64,000 nt of DNA from Fibrobacteria bacterium (GCA_043745805.1 JAYTSD010000043.1:32001-96000); one strand, 5' to 3'; numbered from the stretch's first letter, positions 39,996 through 51,117 are shown. The notes: a model not told the origin generated them from the letters alone. Made by a program: numbers and translations.

Positions 39996-41174
39996 ATGAT
40001 GTTCTTCCAGCGATTTCAATTCGAGAAAATTTTATTTTTAAGCGTTGTTGCTTTTTCGATGTTTTTTATTTCCAATTGCGCGACCTCTTCCAGTAAACCA
40101 GCGGCTAAAGGAAAGGCGATTGTGAAAGTACAATCGCATGCCGATGAATTGACTGAGTTAAAGCCCACTCTGCAAACTTATGAAGACAGCTTATTATTGG
40201 ATTTAATGCTAGGCTATCGTCAATTAATCATGCTAGGACAAAACGATAAGGTCGCTGATGCGGCGGCTTTAAAACGCAGTCATCAAGCTTATGATTGCTT
40301 AGAAAAAATTTTACGTCATGGAGGTCTGTCATCCCAAGATAATGGCGAAAGAGTATTTACCGTAAGCAATGAAGAGAAACTTTCTTTTCAGCAAGTGATT
40401 CAAACAGCGAATGAGGCTGCGCAAAAGGCGGCTGTGAATGGGGATTGGGAAACGGCGAAGCAACGATGGTTAGAAATTGTACAAGGTAAATCGGCTGTGC
40501 AAATGGGTCTTGAGGAAGCTACTTGGGGTTTGGCTTTATCCGAAGCCTTAGCCTCTAATTTGAACGAGGGTACAAAAAAGAAATTGAAGGATTTAAATGA
40601 AAGTTATTTTCATGCTGCGCCCTATGATGAAATTAGTCAGCAAGTCATTGCTTTATTAAATGAAGTAGAATCCGACAAGTTACGTAGGGAATTAAAAAAA
40701 GTAGCGAGTCGCGCTTTTGATCGGGATAAAAAAATGGGAAAAAATTCTCCGGTTAATAGTCCGAGCAATAATGGAGCTTCGCCTTCGCTGGAAAATAAAT
40801 CTCCAGAAGCCAATGGGCTCAAGCCGGATCGAGAATCTTTAATACACCAAACGGATTCATTAATGGCAGCGGGAAAATATATTTTAGCCCTAAAAGCATT
40901 AGATCAATTAGATAGCAAGAAAGATCCTGCAGTATATCAAGAAAAGAAAATTCAAATAGGCGAACATTTTTGTGAAGAAAAACGTCATGATGCTGCGGCA
41001 TCATTTAGTAATTATAAAAAATCGGCCAATGAAGATTTAAAATCAAAATATTTAAAAGCAGCCGCTCAGCATTTAGATAGCTGCCTATTCTCTTTCGGCG
41101 ATTTAACTGTAAGTCAAAAAGTGCGTAAAAATCGCGAAATGGTGGAAGCCGAAATACGAAAATTAGGCAAATGA
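39996..41174 (+). CDS. Hypothetical alpha-helical lipoprotein
   Basis: Hydrophobic N-terminus with lipobox-like ISNC; abuts both flanking genes. Confidence 0.65.
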   Translation: MMFFQRFQFEKILFLSVVAFSMFFISNCATSSSKPAAKGKAIVKVQSHADELTELKPTLQTYEDSLLLDLMLGYRQLIMLGQNDKVADAAALKRSHQAYDCLEKILRHGGLSSQDNGERVFTVSNEEKLSFQQVIQTANEAAQKAAVNGDWETAKQRWLEIVQGKSAVQMGLEEATWGLALSEALASNLNEGTKKKLKDLNESYFHAAPYDEISQQVIALLNEVESDKLRRELKKVASRAFDRDKKMGKNSPVNSPSNNGASPSLENKSPEANGLKPDRESLIHQTDSLMAAGKYILALKALDQLDSKKDPAVYQEKKIQIGEHFCEEKRHDAAASFSNYKKSANEDLKSKYLKAAAQHLDSCLFSFGDLTVSQKVRKNREMVEAEIRKLGK

Positions 41175-42049
41175 ATTCACTTAAATTTCCTGAACTCGCT
41201 TTACAAAAATTATTGCCCTTGGCTTTTGCCGAAGATGTCGGTAACGGGGATGTGACGAGTTTAGCCACTATTCCTGAGGGTTCGCTTTCGGAAGCAACCC
41301 TGGTGGCCAAGGCCCATGGCATAATTGCGGGTTTGCCATGCATAGAAATGATATTTCGCAATCGTGGATTTTTGCCTAATTTGGAATCACTAATTACCGA
41401 AGGCCAAGCGGTTAAACCCGGAGATAAATTAATGCAGCTCTCCGGTAAAACTCGCGAGCTTTTGGTTTGCGAACGGATTTTACTGAATATACTTCAAAGA
41501 CTTTCAGGTATCGCCACGGTTACCCATCAATTTACGCAAGCCCTTAGTCAATCACAAAGCCAGTCAAATGGTCATTCAAAAACAAAAATTTTAGATACAC
41601 GCAAAACTTTGCCTGGTTATCGCGAATTGGATAAATATGCTGTGCGTATCGGGGGTGGTCAAAATCATCGCCAAGGGTTATTCGATCAAATATTAATTAA
41701 GGATAATCATATTCTTGCTTGTGGAACGGTGCGTGCCGCCGTAGATAAAGCCGTGGCAAGTTATGGAAAACAATTTGTGATTGAAGCGGAAGTGAATAGC
41801 TTAGAGCAATTGCAAACCTTATTAGGTAGTGCAGTGGATATCGTGATGCTCGATAATATGTCCGATACGGAAATGGAAAAAGCTATTGCTTGGGTGCATG
41901 CTTATGCGCCAAATATACTTTTGGAAGCGAGCGGAAATATGCATTTATCGAGAGTGCAAGGCCTGGCGAATATAGGCTTAGATTTTATTTCAGTGGGAGC
42001 CTTAACCCATAGTGTACAAGCACTCGATATTTCTCTGGAGTTTGCGTAA
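41171..42049 (+). CDS. nadC: Nicotinate-nucleotide diphosphorylase (carboxylating)
   Basis: ED...GDVT, DTRKTLPG, HRQGL, IKDNH, MLDN, EASG, SVGALTHS. Confidence 0.96.
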   Translation: MNSLKFPELALQKLLPLAFAEDVGNGDVTSLATIPEGSLSEATLVAKAHGIIAGLPCIEMIFRNRGFLPNLESLITEGQAVKPGDKLMQLSGKTRELLVCERILLNILQRLSGIATVTHQFTQALSQSQSQSNGHSKTKILDTRKTLPGYRELDKYAVRIGGGQNHRQGLFDQILIKDNHILACGTVRAAVDKAVASYGKQFVIEAEVNSLEQLQTLLGSAVDIVMLDNMSDTEMEKAIAWVHAYAPNILLEASGNMHLSRVQGLANIGLDFISVGALTHSVQALDISLEFA

Positions 42050-42155
42050 TGTCGCTCACAATTATACTTTTCTCCAGTCAAAATTTGAGGCTATATTGCA
42101 GGGTAAAGTAAAATCGTTAAAGGGTAAAATTTTAGGCCAAAACCAGGCTTCATCC

Positions 42156-42941
42156 TTGTATTTAGTAATTGATGTAGGCAATACGCATACGGTTATAGGT
42201 TTATTTGCAAAGCAAAGCATTCGTCACAATTGGCGTTTGGCTACGCGTAAAGAAACCACTATCGATGAGATACTTTGGTGGTTACAAGGTTTAATGTTAC
42301 CGGCGGCGGATAAAAAAGCTATTACTGGCATTGCTTATGCATCGGTAGCACCTTCGGTGGATAGCAGTTGGTTGCAGGCTTTGGAATCTTTTCTAGGGAT
42401 TAAGCCGCAAGTTTTAAATTATGCCAATTGTTGCGGATTGCATTTGGCTTATGAAGTGCCGCGCCAAATTGGTGCGGATAGACTTTGTAATGTACTAGGG
42501 GCGTATTCTCTAGGTTACCGCGAAGGCGTGATTATTGATTTAGGGACAGCCACCACTTTTGATGTATTTAGTGAATACACTTATTGGGGCGGTATTATTT
42601 GTCCAGGCATACATAGTTCCATGCAGGCTTTGGCGCGTAATGCTTCCAAATTGTTCGAAGTGGAATTGCATTGGCCCGCAACCGTAGTTGGCACGAATAC
42701 CGAAGATGCTTTACGTACCGGTTTATTACATGGCACGGTAGGGCAATTAGAATATTTATTAGAGCTTATTTTTGCAGAAAAAAAAATGCATAAGCCTATA
42801 GTGATTGCTACGGGTGGTTTAGCTTCTTTAGTAAAAGAAAAATCAAAAGCGATTCATCGCGTAGAGCCGGATCTGACCTTAATGGGATTGAATTATTTAT
42901 TGAGTCAAAATGACAGCAAAGCAAAAAGGAAAAAAGCATGA
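42156..42941 (+). CDS. coaX: Type III pantothenate kinase
   Basis: [26 protein letters not shown] 42156 ([10 protein letters not shown]) is preferred to the ORF-track start inside nadC. Confidence 0.93.
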   Translation: MYLVIDVGNTHTVIGLFAKQSIRHNWRLATRKETTIDEILWWLQGLMLPAADKKAITGIAYASVAPSVDSSWLQALESFLGIKPQVLNYANCCGLHLAYEVPRQIGADRLCNVLGAYSLGYREGVIIDLGTATTFDVFSEYTYWGGIICPGIHSSMQALARNASKLFEVELHWPATVVGTNTEDALRTGLLHGTVGQLEYLLELIFAEKKMHKPIVIATGGLASLVKEKSKAIHRVEPDLTLMGLNYLLSQNDSKAKRKKA

Positions 42942-43873
42942 AAAGAATTTTAGTAACCGGCGGTGCAGGTTTTTTAGGCTCGCATCTTTGCGAAAAGTTA
43001 CTCAAACAAGGCAATGAAGTAATTTGTTTGGACAATTATTTTACGGGTTCTAAAAACAATATTGAACATTTGCGAGACTATTTTCATTTTGAAATTATTC
43101 GTCACGATGTCACGATGCCGATTTTTTTAGAAGCCGATCAAATTTACAATTTGGCTTGCCCCGCTTCTCCAATTCATTATCAATACAATGCGGTAAAAAC
43201 TATTAAGACCAGTGTTATGGGTGCTATTAACATGTTGGGTTTGGCGAAACGTGTGAAAGCTCGTATTCTCCAAGCTTCTACGAGTGAAGTTTATGGCGAT
43301 CCCGAACAACATCCGCAAAAAGAAAATTATTGGGGTCATGTCAATCCAATCGGTATTCGATCCTGTTACGATGAAGGCAAACGCGTTGCGGAAACATTGT
43401 TTTTTGATTATCAAAGACAAAATAATGTGGATATTCGCGTGATGCGCATATTCAATACTTATGGCCCTCGTATGCATCCCAATGATGGGCGTGTGGTTTC
43501 GAATTTTGTCATGCAAGCTTTGCAGGGCATTGACATTACGCTTTATGGTGATGGTTCACAAACGCGATCCTTCTGCTATGTTTCGGATTTATTAGAAGGC
43601 ATGGTGCGTTTAATGAATCATGAAAACTTTTCGGGACCGGTAAATATTGGCAATCCTAATGAATTTACCATTAAGCAATTAGCCGAGCAGGTAATTAAAT
43701 TGACCGGCAGCAAAAGTAAATTAGTGTTTAAACCTTTACCTAGCGATGATCCCAAACAACGCCGTCCCGACATTTCTTTAGCTCAAGAAAAATTGGGATG
43801 GAATCCTACGATCGAATTAGAAGAGGGTTTGAAAAAGACGATTGAATATTTTCGCGATCATTTACCCAAATAA
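42938..43873 (+). CDS. UDP-glucuronate decarboxylase (UDP-xylose synthase) family
   Basis: [35 protein letters not shown]. Confidence 0.93.
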   Translation: MKRILVTGGAGFLGSHLCEKLLKQGNEVICLDNYFTGSKNNIEHLRDYFHFEIIRHDVTMPIFLEADQIYNLACPASPIHYQYNAVKTIKTSVMGAINMLGLAKRVKARILQASTSEVYGDPEQHPQKENYWGHVNPIGIRSCYDEGKRVAETLFFDYQRQNNVDIRVMRIFNTYGPRMHPNDGRVVSNFVMQALQGIDITLYGDGSQTRSFCYVSDLLEGMVRLMNHENFSGPVNIGNPNEFTIKQLAEQVIKLTGSKSKLVFKPLPSDDPKQRRPDISLAQEKLGWNPTIELEEGLKKTIEYFRDHLPK

Positions 43874-43913
43874 TTAGCTTATCTAAACTAATAGTCTGCA
43901 CTAATCTTATATA

Positions 43914-44723
43914 CTACTCATGCTTTTGCAGTAGTATATAAGTGGGCTTCCAAGTGGCATGAATTTTTCCGTTTTCGGAAAATAAGGCGGTATAGTCTTT
44001 TTGCAAAGCTTTCCATTTTTCTTTCGTTAACTTTTGCTTTTCCGAAACTGAACGTGATGTGCCCAAATTTTTTAAGCTATGTAAAAAATCGGCGACAGAA
44101 GGATAAAGTACTCGTTTTTCACACTCTTGATATTTGATGCAAGTATATCCAGCAAGCTCTGCGGTTTGTATAAAACTCTTTTGCGCATGGCCAATTAAGG
44201 GTTCATTCCATAATTTCAATTCAGTCATTACATGCTGTAATTCAGGAAAATGATCGGGTTGAAAATCCGAAACTAAATAAAATCCTTGGGGTCTAAGTAA
44301 GCGAGCAATCAATTGTAAATGTATTAATGGATTGGTAAACCATTGAATGAGCGCATTAGAAGTAGCGAGATCGAAAGACCGCTCAGGAAAAGCAAAATCG
44401 TTTTGCAAAGCATTTAGGGTGGGCTCTGGATTGGCATCCCAAATAGCAAATCGCCTATTCATTGATAAATGGGAATTAAACCGCTGCTCTGCAAGGGTCA
44501 GCATTTGCGGCGCAGCATCTGTAACTTGTATATTACTCTGCGGGAATTTATTGCTCAATAACTGTGTGTAATAACCTGTTCCACAACCACATTCAAAAAT
44601 ATTTTGGGGTTTAAATCCATTCGGTAATAAAGTGATTAAATCATGAGCCATTTTTCTTTGGGCTTGAGCATCTGCATCATAGGTTTCGGCAGCTCTATGA
44701 AATATTTTCACGCGTTCCTGCAT
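43914..44723 (-). CDS. bioC: Malonyl-ACP O-methyltransferase BioC
   Basis: F..AAETYD..A.AQ, ECGCGTG, SN..IQW; bio cluster context. Confidence 0.85.
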   Translation of the reverse strand: MQERVKIFHRAAETYDADAQAQRKMAHDLITLLPNGFKPQNIFECGCGTGYYTQLLSNKFPQSNIQVTDAAPQMLTLAEQRFNSHLSMNRRFAIWDANPEPTLNALQNDFAFPERSFDLATSNALIQWFTNPLIHLQLIARLLRPQGFYLVSDFQPDHFPELQHVMTELKLWNEPLIGHAQKSFIQTAELAGYTCIKYQECEKRVLYPSVADFLHSLKNLGTSRSVSEKQKLTKEKWKALQKDYTALFSENGKIHATWKPTYILLQKHE

Positions 44724-45430
44724 TAAAAATGCTCATCCAAAAAGAATTCTCGAAACGTATCTGCATAAGAAAAAAAAGGTAAATGCCCTTGCGCTAAAAT
44801 TAAGGTATGCCAAGGATCATCCGAGAGGCTGTAAATAAAGGGCGAAATAGGATCGCTTCGCATCATTACAAAATAAATCTGCTTTGCCCAAGGTAATAAC
44901 TTTTCAGGGGCCGTTTTTTCGTCGGCTAAATACTTTAAACCGGTTTGCAAACTCACGATAGAATAGTTTTGTGATTGTTCTATCCATGTTCTTTCCATTT
45001 CAGAAAGTTTCGCTATTGGAACGGCTGTTTTTTCTTTTTGACTAAGTCGATTCCAAAAATCTTGCAGCACTTGAATTTTTTCTTCTTCAAGTTTTTTTTG
45101 CATTTTTTGTAAAATATTCGCAGACCAATTTTCTTGGGACTGAGTTGAGCAAAAATCAAAAATTGGACAAATAGAAAGTATCGGGTTTGATAAATTCCAA
45201 TTTCCTTGCATCATTTGTTTATGCATGAATAAAGAGCCTAGAGACCAAGCGGCGATTAAAGTATCGGCGGGTAATTCACTAATATTTGCGTAAAAAGATT
45301 TTGGATTTTCTATTAATGCATGTGTGTCTATAAAAAAATGTTTTTGCTGTGGATAAAGTAAAGAGAAATCTTTTTCCCAACACAATAAATTCGAGGCCCA
45401 ACCTCCTAGCCACAAAATATTTTTAATCAT
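44723..45430 (-). CDS. Alpha/beta-hydrolase, probable pimeloyl-ACP methyl ester esterase
   Basis: GGW near the N-terminus, AWSLG nucleophile elbow, SDPI and GHLPF; lies between bioF and bioC. Confidence 0.7.
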   Translation of the reverse strand: MIKNILWLGGWASNLLCWEKDFSLLYPQQKHFFIDTHALIENPKSFYANISELPADTLIAAWSLGSLFMHKQMMQGNWNLSNPILSICPIFDFCSTQSQENWSANILQKMQKKLEEEKIQVLQDFWNRLSQKEKTAVPIAKLSEMERTWIEQSQNYSIVSLQTGLKYLADEKTAPEKLLPWAKQIYFVMMRSDPISPFIYSLSDDPWHTLILAQGHLPFFSYADTFREFFLDEHF

Positions 45431-46587
45431 ACGGAAGGATTAATTTCTTTTTGAATATCTACCAGTTTGTTTAATAATTGATCAACTTCTTCAAGGAGCC
45501 AATCACTGGTCCAATTAATGCGCAAACGCGCCGTGCCTCGGGCTACAGTAGGGTGACGGACAGGTACCGTATAATAACCACTCTGTTGCATTTTTTCAGC
45601 CGCTAGAATAGCCTTTTCATTGCTTCCCAAAATAATCGGGAAAATATGGCTTTGACTTAAGCCTTTGTTTAAGCCTAATTGTACGGCTTTTTGTAAAGCG
45701 TATGCAGAAACTTTTTTTAAACTTTCGAACCGTTCTGGTTCCTGATTAACCAAATCCAGAGCTGCTATATTCGCTCCTAAAACAGCAGGTGGTAAGCTGG
45801 TACTGAAAATAAACGGACGACTTTTGTTAATAAGAAAATCAATGATTTCGGGAGCAGCGCTCACATAGGCTCCAAAACTGCCGAAAGCTTTGCCAAAAGT
45901 ACCCATAAGAATAAGCTTTTCAGGAATATTTTTTATTAAATTATCTAAGAGGTTACCGTAACCTCCAGTAGAATGTGCCTCATCTACATAGAGATAAAAT
46001 CCAAATCTTTTTTGTAAAGCGATCAAGCTATTTAAATCGGCAAAATCACCATCCATGCTAAAAAGCGTTTCGCTGCACACTAAACTTTTTTCTGGATCTT
46101 TTTGTTTCAGCAATAACTTTTCCAAATGATTTAAATCGCCATGTCGATAACGTTCAAAAGGAATATCCAATAAACGTAAACCTTCTTGCAAGCTCGCATG
46201 ATTGGATTTGTCGCAGTATACGGTATTTAAAATTTGACCGAGTGCAGTAACAATTCCCATATTGGCCATATATCCGGTATTGAACAGTAAGGCCTTACCT
46301 AAAGGGCGATAAGCTTGGATTTTGTTTTCCAATTCCTCATGTAACATCGACGCGCCACCTAATAAACGCGCACCACCTGAGCCCAGGCCATATTTTTCTA
46401 TCGCCACTTGTGCAGCTTGTTTAAGTTTAGGATGTGTTGCCAAGCCCAAATAATTATTCGAGCATAAATTCAACATTCGCTTGCCATGCACATGAATCAC
46501 TTTTTCACAAGGCCCTTCCACCGTATTAATTTGGCGTAAAAGTCCTTCAGATTTTAAAGTGGATAAAGCATCTTGGAAAATATTCAT
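45427..46587 (-). CDS. bioF: 8-amino-7-oxononanoate synthase
   Basis: SNNYLGL, NHAS, FSMDGD, DEAH, TFGKAFG. Confidence 0.96.
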   Translation of the reverse strand: MNIFQDALSTLKSEGLLRQINTVEGPCEKVIHVHGKRMLNLCSNNYLGLATHPKLKQAAQVAIEKYGLGSGGARLLGGASMLHEELENKIQAYRPLGKALLFNTGYMANMGIVTALGQILNTVYCDKSNHASLQEGLRLLDIPFERYRHGDLNHLEKLLLKQKDPEKSLVCSETLFSMDGDFADLNSLIALQKRFGFYLYVDEAHSTGGYGNLLDNLIKNIPEKLILMGTFGKAFGSFGAYVSAAPEIIDFLINKSRPFIFSTSLPPAVLGANIAALDLVNQEPERFESLKKVSAYALQKAVQLGLNKGLSQSHIFPIILGSNEKAILAAEKMQQSGYYTVPVRHPTVARGTARLRINWTSDWLLEEVDQLLNKLVDIQKEINPSV

Positions 46588-47282
46588 GCAGGATTTTTAT
46601 CCCACCAAGTTGCAAGTGAAGACGATAGTGGAGCTAATAAAAGCGCCTGATTGTTTTCGCTTAATGGTTCGCTAAAATCATGGTTTAAGAAAGGTAAACT
46701 TCCCCAAAAAGGCCATTGAGTTAAGGTTTCCAACGTTTCTGCATTATCCTTTTCCAATGGTGAATTTATGGCCTCCGTTCGCGAAAAAATAAAACCGCTC
46801 ACTTGTGCCTTTTTTTCTTGAACATAAGCTTGTGCGGTTAGAGTATGGCTCAATGTACCCAAACTCGGCGCAGCAACGACTAATACTGGTAGCTTTAATG
46901 TTACGGAAAAATCCATTGCCGAATAACCTTGACGATTCCAAGGTACCGCCACGCCGCCCGCAGTTTCGACAATTAGTAAATCATATTCGGATTTTAATTG
47001 CAGATAAATTTCTTGTAAATGGGATGGCACCATAACCTGATTTTCTGCTTCAGCGGCCAAATGTGGAGAGGCGGGCATTGCAAAGGTATAACCGGAATGC
47101 GTTTCTACCTTAGGACAGGCTAGGGAAATTAAATGGGCATCCGTGATTTCTAAACCACATTGAACGGGTTTAAAATAGCCTGTTTTCAACCCTTTTTTTT
47201 GTCCCCATAAACAAATAGCCAAACTGACCATGGTCTTTCCAATGCTGGTTCCCGTTCCCGAGATAAGTAAACTTCGATTCAT
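46584..47282 (-). CDS. bioD: Dethiobiotin synthase
   Basis: SGTGTSIGKT, KPVQCG, SPHLAA, VETAGG. Confidence 0.94.
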   Translation of the reverse strand: MNRSLLISGTGTSIGKTMVSLAICLWGQKKGLKTGYFKPVQCGLEITDAHLISLACPKVETHSGYTFAMPASPHLAAEAENQVMVPSHLQEIYLQLKSEYDLLIVETAGGVAVPWNRQGYSAMDFSVTLKLPVLVVAAPSLGTLSHTLTAQAYVQEKKAQVSGFIFSRTEAINSPLEKDNAETLETLTQWPFWGSLPFLNHDFSEPLSENNQALLLAPLSSSLATWWDKNPA

Positions 47283-47357
47283 CTTTTTCCTTGTTGGGGA
47301 AATTTATTAATAACCTTTGCAATATAGGCTATTCAGCCCTAATGTGGGTTCCAGTGT

Positions 47358-47386
47358 TTGACAAAGCCATCTAGGCGACTTAGTTT
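47358..47386 (+). promoter_or_regulatory. Sigma70 promoter of tRNA-Val
   Basis: TTGACA-17 nt-TAGTTT, 30 bp upstream of the tRNA. Confidence 0.7.
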
Positions 47387-47416
47387 TACGGGCCAATATT
47401 TTTACGGTTTTTAACC

Positions 47417-47490
47417 GGACGATTAGCTCAGTTGGTTAGAGTATTACCTTGACATGGTAGGGGTCACTGGTTCAAATCCAGTATCGTCCA
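47417..47490 (+). tRNA. tRNA-Val(GAC)
   Basis: GGACGAT/ATCGTCC acceptor stem, TAGCTCAGTTGG D-arm, anticodon loop TTGACAT, GGTTCAAATCC. Confidence 0.96.
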
Positions 47491-47584
47491 GTTTTTTAGG
47501 CTTCTTTTTTAGGCAAATACCGCTTTGCAACCCCATTTTAATTTGCCATGCGGCCTCTCAAAGGCTTGAATCATATCCTCCCTT

Positions 47585-47613
47585 TTGACAAGCTGCGGGG
47601 AATTAGGTAAAGT
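47585..47613 (+). promoter_or_regulatory. Sigma70 promoter of thrS
   Basis: TTGACA-17 nt-TAAAGT, about 115 bp upstream of the start. Confidence 0.65.
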
Positions 47614-47729
47614 TTCCCCCCAAATATGGCGAGGAAGCCGATTTTCTTTTTCACTTGAAGTGTTCGAGCGATTTAAAATCCTTTCATTCGTCTCAAGTTC
47701 ATGGCTCAACAAAGCAGGAATTGTAAGGT

Positions 47730-49649
47730 TTGTCACAGATTAATATTACTTTACCCGATCAAAAGCAACTGCAAGCAGAAGCGGGTACTACCCTTTTAGA
47801 AGTGATTCAACAAATCGGAGCAGGTTTAGCACGCGCCGCTATTGCTGCGGAGTATAATGGCAAGCTTTTAGATTTGTCCGGTACCATTCATGAGGATGGT
47901 AACCTGAAAGTGATTACTGCCAAAAGCCCAGAAGCTTTAGAAATTGTTCGTCATTCTACGGCGCATTTAATGGCTATGGCGGTGACGCAACTTTTTCCGA
48001 GTACCTTGTTAACTATTGGTCCGGTTATTAGTACCGGTTTTTATTATGACTATGCTAGCGAGCATAAATTTTCGCCCGATGATTTTGAAGCGATAGAAAA
48101 ACGTATGCAAGAATTGGCTCTGGAAAACTTTCCGGTTACCCGTTCCGAAAAAACGCGTTTGGACGCGATTAAATATTTTCAAGATCCTGCGCATGCAGAA
48201 CCTTATAAAGTGGAAATGATGCAAGAGTGGACGGATGAAACCGTTAGCTTTTATCAACAAGGATCGTTCACCGATTTATGTCGTGGTCCGCATGTTCCTT
48301 CTACGGGCAAGCTGGGACATTTTAAATTACTCTCGGTGGCAGGTGCATACTGGCGTGGCGACGAAAAACGTCCGATGTTACAACGTATTTATGCTACCGC
48401 GTTTTTAACTAAAGAAGAATTAGCAGCTCATCTTTTTCAGCAAGAAGAAGCTAAGAAACGCGACCATCGCAAACTGGGAAAAGAGCTCGATTATTTTCAT
48501 ATGGATGAAGGTTCGCCGGGTATGATTTTTTGGCATGATCGTGGCTGGAAGCTTTATTCACGATTAACGGATTATATTCGCCAGAAGTTACGCTTCAGTG
48601 GTTATCAAGAAGTACGGACTCCAGAAATTGTCGATATTAATCTCTATGCAAAATCTGGACATGTTACCAATTATACCGAGAACATGTTTTTCACGGAAAG
48701 CGAAAATCATAAATATGTGATCAAGCCGATGAATTGCCCCTGTCATGTGGAAATATTCAAACAAGGCACAAAATCTTTTCGCGACTTACCTATTCGCATC
48801 GCCGAATTTGGAAAATGTCATCGTAATGAATTAGCTGGCGTGATGCACGGCCTCATGCGCGTACGTGGTTTTACGCAAGATGATGCGCATATTTTTTGTA
48901 CGGAAGAACAGGCAACCTCGGAGATACGTAACTTCTGTGCGCTATTAAAAGAAGTGTATTTGGATTTTGGTTTTAGCGATATTATTGTAAAGCTTTCTAC
49001 GCGTCCAGAAAAAAGAGTGGGTAGTGATGAAGCTTGGGACAAAGCCGAAGGCGCTTTAGCTGATTCCTGTAAGCTTTCGAATATTCCTTTTGAATATAAT
49101 CCTGGCGAAGGCGCTTTTTATGGGCCGAAACTGGAATTCACTTTAAAGGATTCATTAGGTCGTCATTGGCAATGTGGTACTATTCAATTCGATCCTACTC
49201 TACCTGTGCTTTTAGGCGCTGATTATATTGGCTCAGATTCAGCAAAGCATCCTCCAATAATGTTACATCGCGCTATTTTTGGATCGCTAGAACGCTTTAT
49301 TGGAATATTGATTGAAAATTATGCTGGCGATTTACCGCTTTGGCTCAACCCTCAACAAATTCGCATTCTTCCGGTTTCGGAAAAATTTTTAGATCATGCA
49401 CGAAAAGTGAATGATTTCTTTTTATCCGCCGATATTTACAGCGAAATCGATGGGCGTAATGAGAAAATCGGGTATAAAATTCGTGAGGGTGAACAAGATA
49501 AGGTGCCTTATCTGATTATTCTGGGTGAAAAAGAGTTAAATGCTGGTAAAATTAGTTTACGAAAACGAAAAATCGGCGATTTAGGGACTTTAACCTTAGA
49601 CGAAGCCTTAGAAAAATTTAAATTGGAAATTTCCTCCAAAGGCAATTAA
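47730..49649 (+). CDS. thrS: Threonine--tRNA ligase
   Basis: TGS domain, RHSTAH, DLCRGPH, KPMNCP, RVRGFTQDDAHIF, HRAIFGSLERF. Confidence 0.98.
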   Translation: MSQINITLPDQKQLQAEAGTTLLEVIQQIGAGLARAAIAAEYNGKLLDLSGTIHEDGNLKVITAKSPEALEIVRHSTAHLMAMAVTQLFPSTLLTIGPVISTGFYYDYASEHKFSPDDFEAIEKRMQELALENFPVTRSEKTRLDAIKYFQDPAHAEPYKVEMMQEWTDETVSFYQQGSFTDLCRGPHVPSTGKLGHFKLLSVAGAYWRGDEKRPMLQRIYATAFLTKEELAAHLFQQEEAKKRDHRKLGKELDYFHMDEGSPGMIFWHDRGWKLYSRLTDYIRQKLRFSGYQEVRTPEIVDINLYAKSGHVTNYTENMFFTESENHKYVIKPMNCPCHVEIFKQGTKSFRDLPIRIAEFGKCHRNELAGVMHGLMRVRGFTQDDAHIFCTEEQATSEIRNFCALLKEVYLDFGFSDIIVKLSTRPEKRVGSDEAWDKAEGALADSCKLSNIPFEYNPGEGAFYGPKLEFTLKDSLGRHWQCGTIQFDPTLPVLLGADYIGSDSAKHPPIMLHRAIFGSLERFIGILIENYAGDLPLWLNPQQIRILPVSEKFLDHARKVNDFFLSADIYSEIDGRNEKIGYKIREGEQDKVPYLIILGEKELNAGKISLRKRKIGDLGTLTLDEALEKFKLEISSKGN

Positions 49650-49675
49650 GCCAACGGAAGCGGAAAGAGGTAAGA

Positions 49676-50317
49676 TTGCAAAGAAGACCGTTTGTTCCAC
49701 CCGCCAAGGATAATCTCAATATCCGCATTAATGAAATGATCCGCGTGCGCGAAGTACGCGTTATCGATCATGATGGCAAGCAATTGGGCGTTTTGCCTGT
49801 TCCGGTTGCAATTGAAAAGGCCAAAGAGCGGCTCTTAGATTTGGTAGAGGTGTCTCCAACGGCAGCTCCGCCGGTATGTCGTATCATGGATTATGGAAAA
49901 TACAAATACGAGATTTCCAAGAAAGCCAAAGCTTCTAAAGCCAAGCAGCATGTGATTAAGGTGAAAGAAATAAAATTTCATCCCAAAACCGGAGAAAATG
50001 ACTATAATTACCGCCTTACCCAGGCAAAAGAGTTCCTGGAAAAAGGCTTTAAAGTCAAAGCTACCGTAGTTTTTCGTGGTCGTGAAATGGCCCATATGGA
50101 ATACGGTTCGCGTTGGCTAGTTAAAATGGGCACAGATTTGGAAGGCTTCGGCGTCGCTGAAACTTCTTCACAAGTCGAAGGCCGTAACATGACACTTATT
50201 TTTGGACCTTCAAAGCATAATGCGGCTCCAAAAATAAAGAAGCCTGCAACGTCTGAAGGCGCGGTAATAGCCGCTCCCAAAGAGGCGGAGCCAGAAAAAA
50301 AGACGGTTGAGAATTAG
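49676..50317 (+). CDS. infC: Translation initiation factor IF-3
   Basis: RINEMI, LDLVEV, PPVCRIMDYGKYKYE, FRGRE; non-ATG (TTG) start after GAGG. Confidence 0.96.
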   Translation: MQRRPFVPPAKDNLNIRINEMIRVREVRVIDHDGKQLGVLPVPVAIEKAKERLLDLVEVSPTAAPPVCRIMDYGKYKYEISKKAKASKAKQHVIKVKEIKFHPKTGENDYNYRLTQAKEFLEKGFKVKATVVFRGREMAHMEYGSRWLVKMGTDLEGFGVAETSSQVEGRNMTLIFGPSKHNAAPKIKKPATSEGAVIAAPKEAEPEKKTVEN

Positions 50318-50332
50318 CATGAGGAGTATATA

Positions 50333-50530
50333 GTGCCTAAGATGAAAACCCATAGTGGAGCGAAGAAACGTTTCAAGCTCACGGCTAGTGGAAAAGTGAA
50401 AAAAGAATCGACTAATCGAAATCATATTCGAGCTAAAAAAGATGCTCAACGTAAGAGAAGATTAGGTAAAGCAAGTTACGTGTCCGAAGTCGATGCACCA
50501 CGTATTAAACGTTTGCTGATTAAAGCCTAA
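50333..50530 (+). CDS. rpmI: 50S ribosomal protein L35
   Basis: MPKMKTHSGAKKRFKLTASGK. Confidence 0.97.
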   Translation: MPKMKTHSGAKKRFKLTASGKVKKESTNRNHIRAKKDAQRKRRLGKASYVSEVDAPRIKRLLIKA

Positions 50531-50552
50531 GTAGAAATAATAGGAGAGAGAA

Positions 50553-50903
50553 ATGCCCAGAGCAACACACCGGGTCCCTTCGCGGACTCGTAGAAAAAAA
50601 GTTCTTAAAGCCGCCAAAGGTTTTTATGGCCGTAGAAAATCCAATCTTAAGATTGCGAAAGAAGCCGTAGATAAAGCACGTACATTTGCATATACCCATC
50701 GTAAAGACAAAAAAGTGGCTTTCCGCTCTTTGTGGTTGGTGCGTATTAATGCTGCCGCCCGTTTATGCGGAATGAGTTACTCTCGTTTGATCGCTGGTTT
50801 GAAGAAAGCGAATATCGCCTTGGATCGTAAAATCCTCGCCGACCTTGCTGTATCCGATGCCGCTGCTTTCGAACAAGTAGTTAATTTAGCCAAAGCGGCT
50901 TAA
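50553..50903 (+). CDS. rplT: 50S ribosomal protein L20
   Basis: [30 protein letters not shown]. Confidence 0.98.
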   Translation: MPRATHRVPSRTRRKKVLKAAKGFYGRRKSNLKIAKEAVDKARTFAYTHRKDKKVAFRSLWLVRINAAARLCGMSYSRLIAGLKKANIALDRKILADLAVSDAAAFEQVVNLAKAA

Positions 50904-50960
50904 TAACAAAATTTTGCCTGCCGATAATTCGGTGAGTCAATTTTGCTAAAGGTGAAAATT

Positions 50961-50988
50961 AAGGGTGCCCTATCGGGTGCCCTTTTTG
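50961..50988 (+). terminator. Intrinsic terminator after rplT
   Basis: AAGGGTGCCC-TATC-GGGTGCCCTT followed by a T-run. Confidence 0.8.
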
Positions 50989-51117
50989 TTGTGAGTTGTG
51001 GTTAGAATCCCCATCTTGAAAACAGACCCCCTTTTTCCTTCTATCTTTCATCTGCATATTTCAATTCCACACTAATTCAAGTAACTTTGAAAAAAATTAA
51101 CTGAGGCTAGGGCTAAT

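Noticed and set aside
42012..42155. N-terminal extension of CoaX
   Set aside because: It overlaps nadC; the in-frame TTG at 42156 gives the canonical CoaX N-terminus.
47615..47729. tRNA-Thr-mimic operator or T-box in the thrS leader
   Set aside because: Only weak hairpins; no convincing anticodon-like loop or T-box consensus.
47509..47736. 75-aa minus-strand ORF
   Set aside because: It runs antisense over the thrS promoter and leader and has no recognisable motif.
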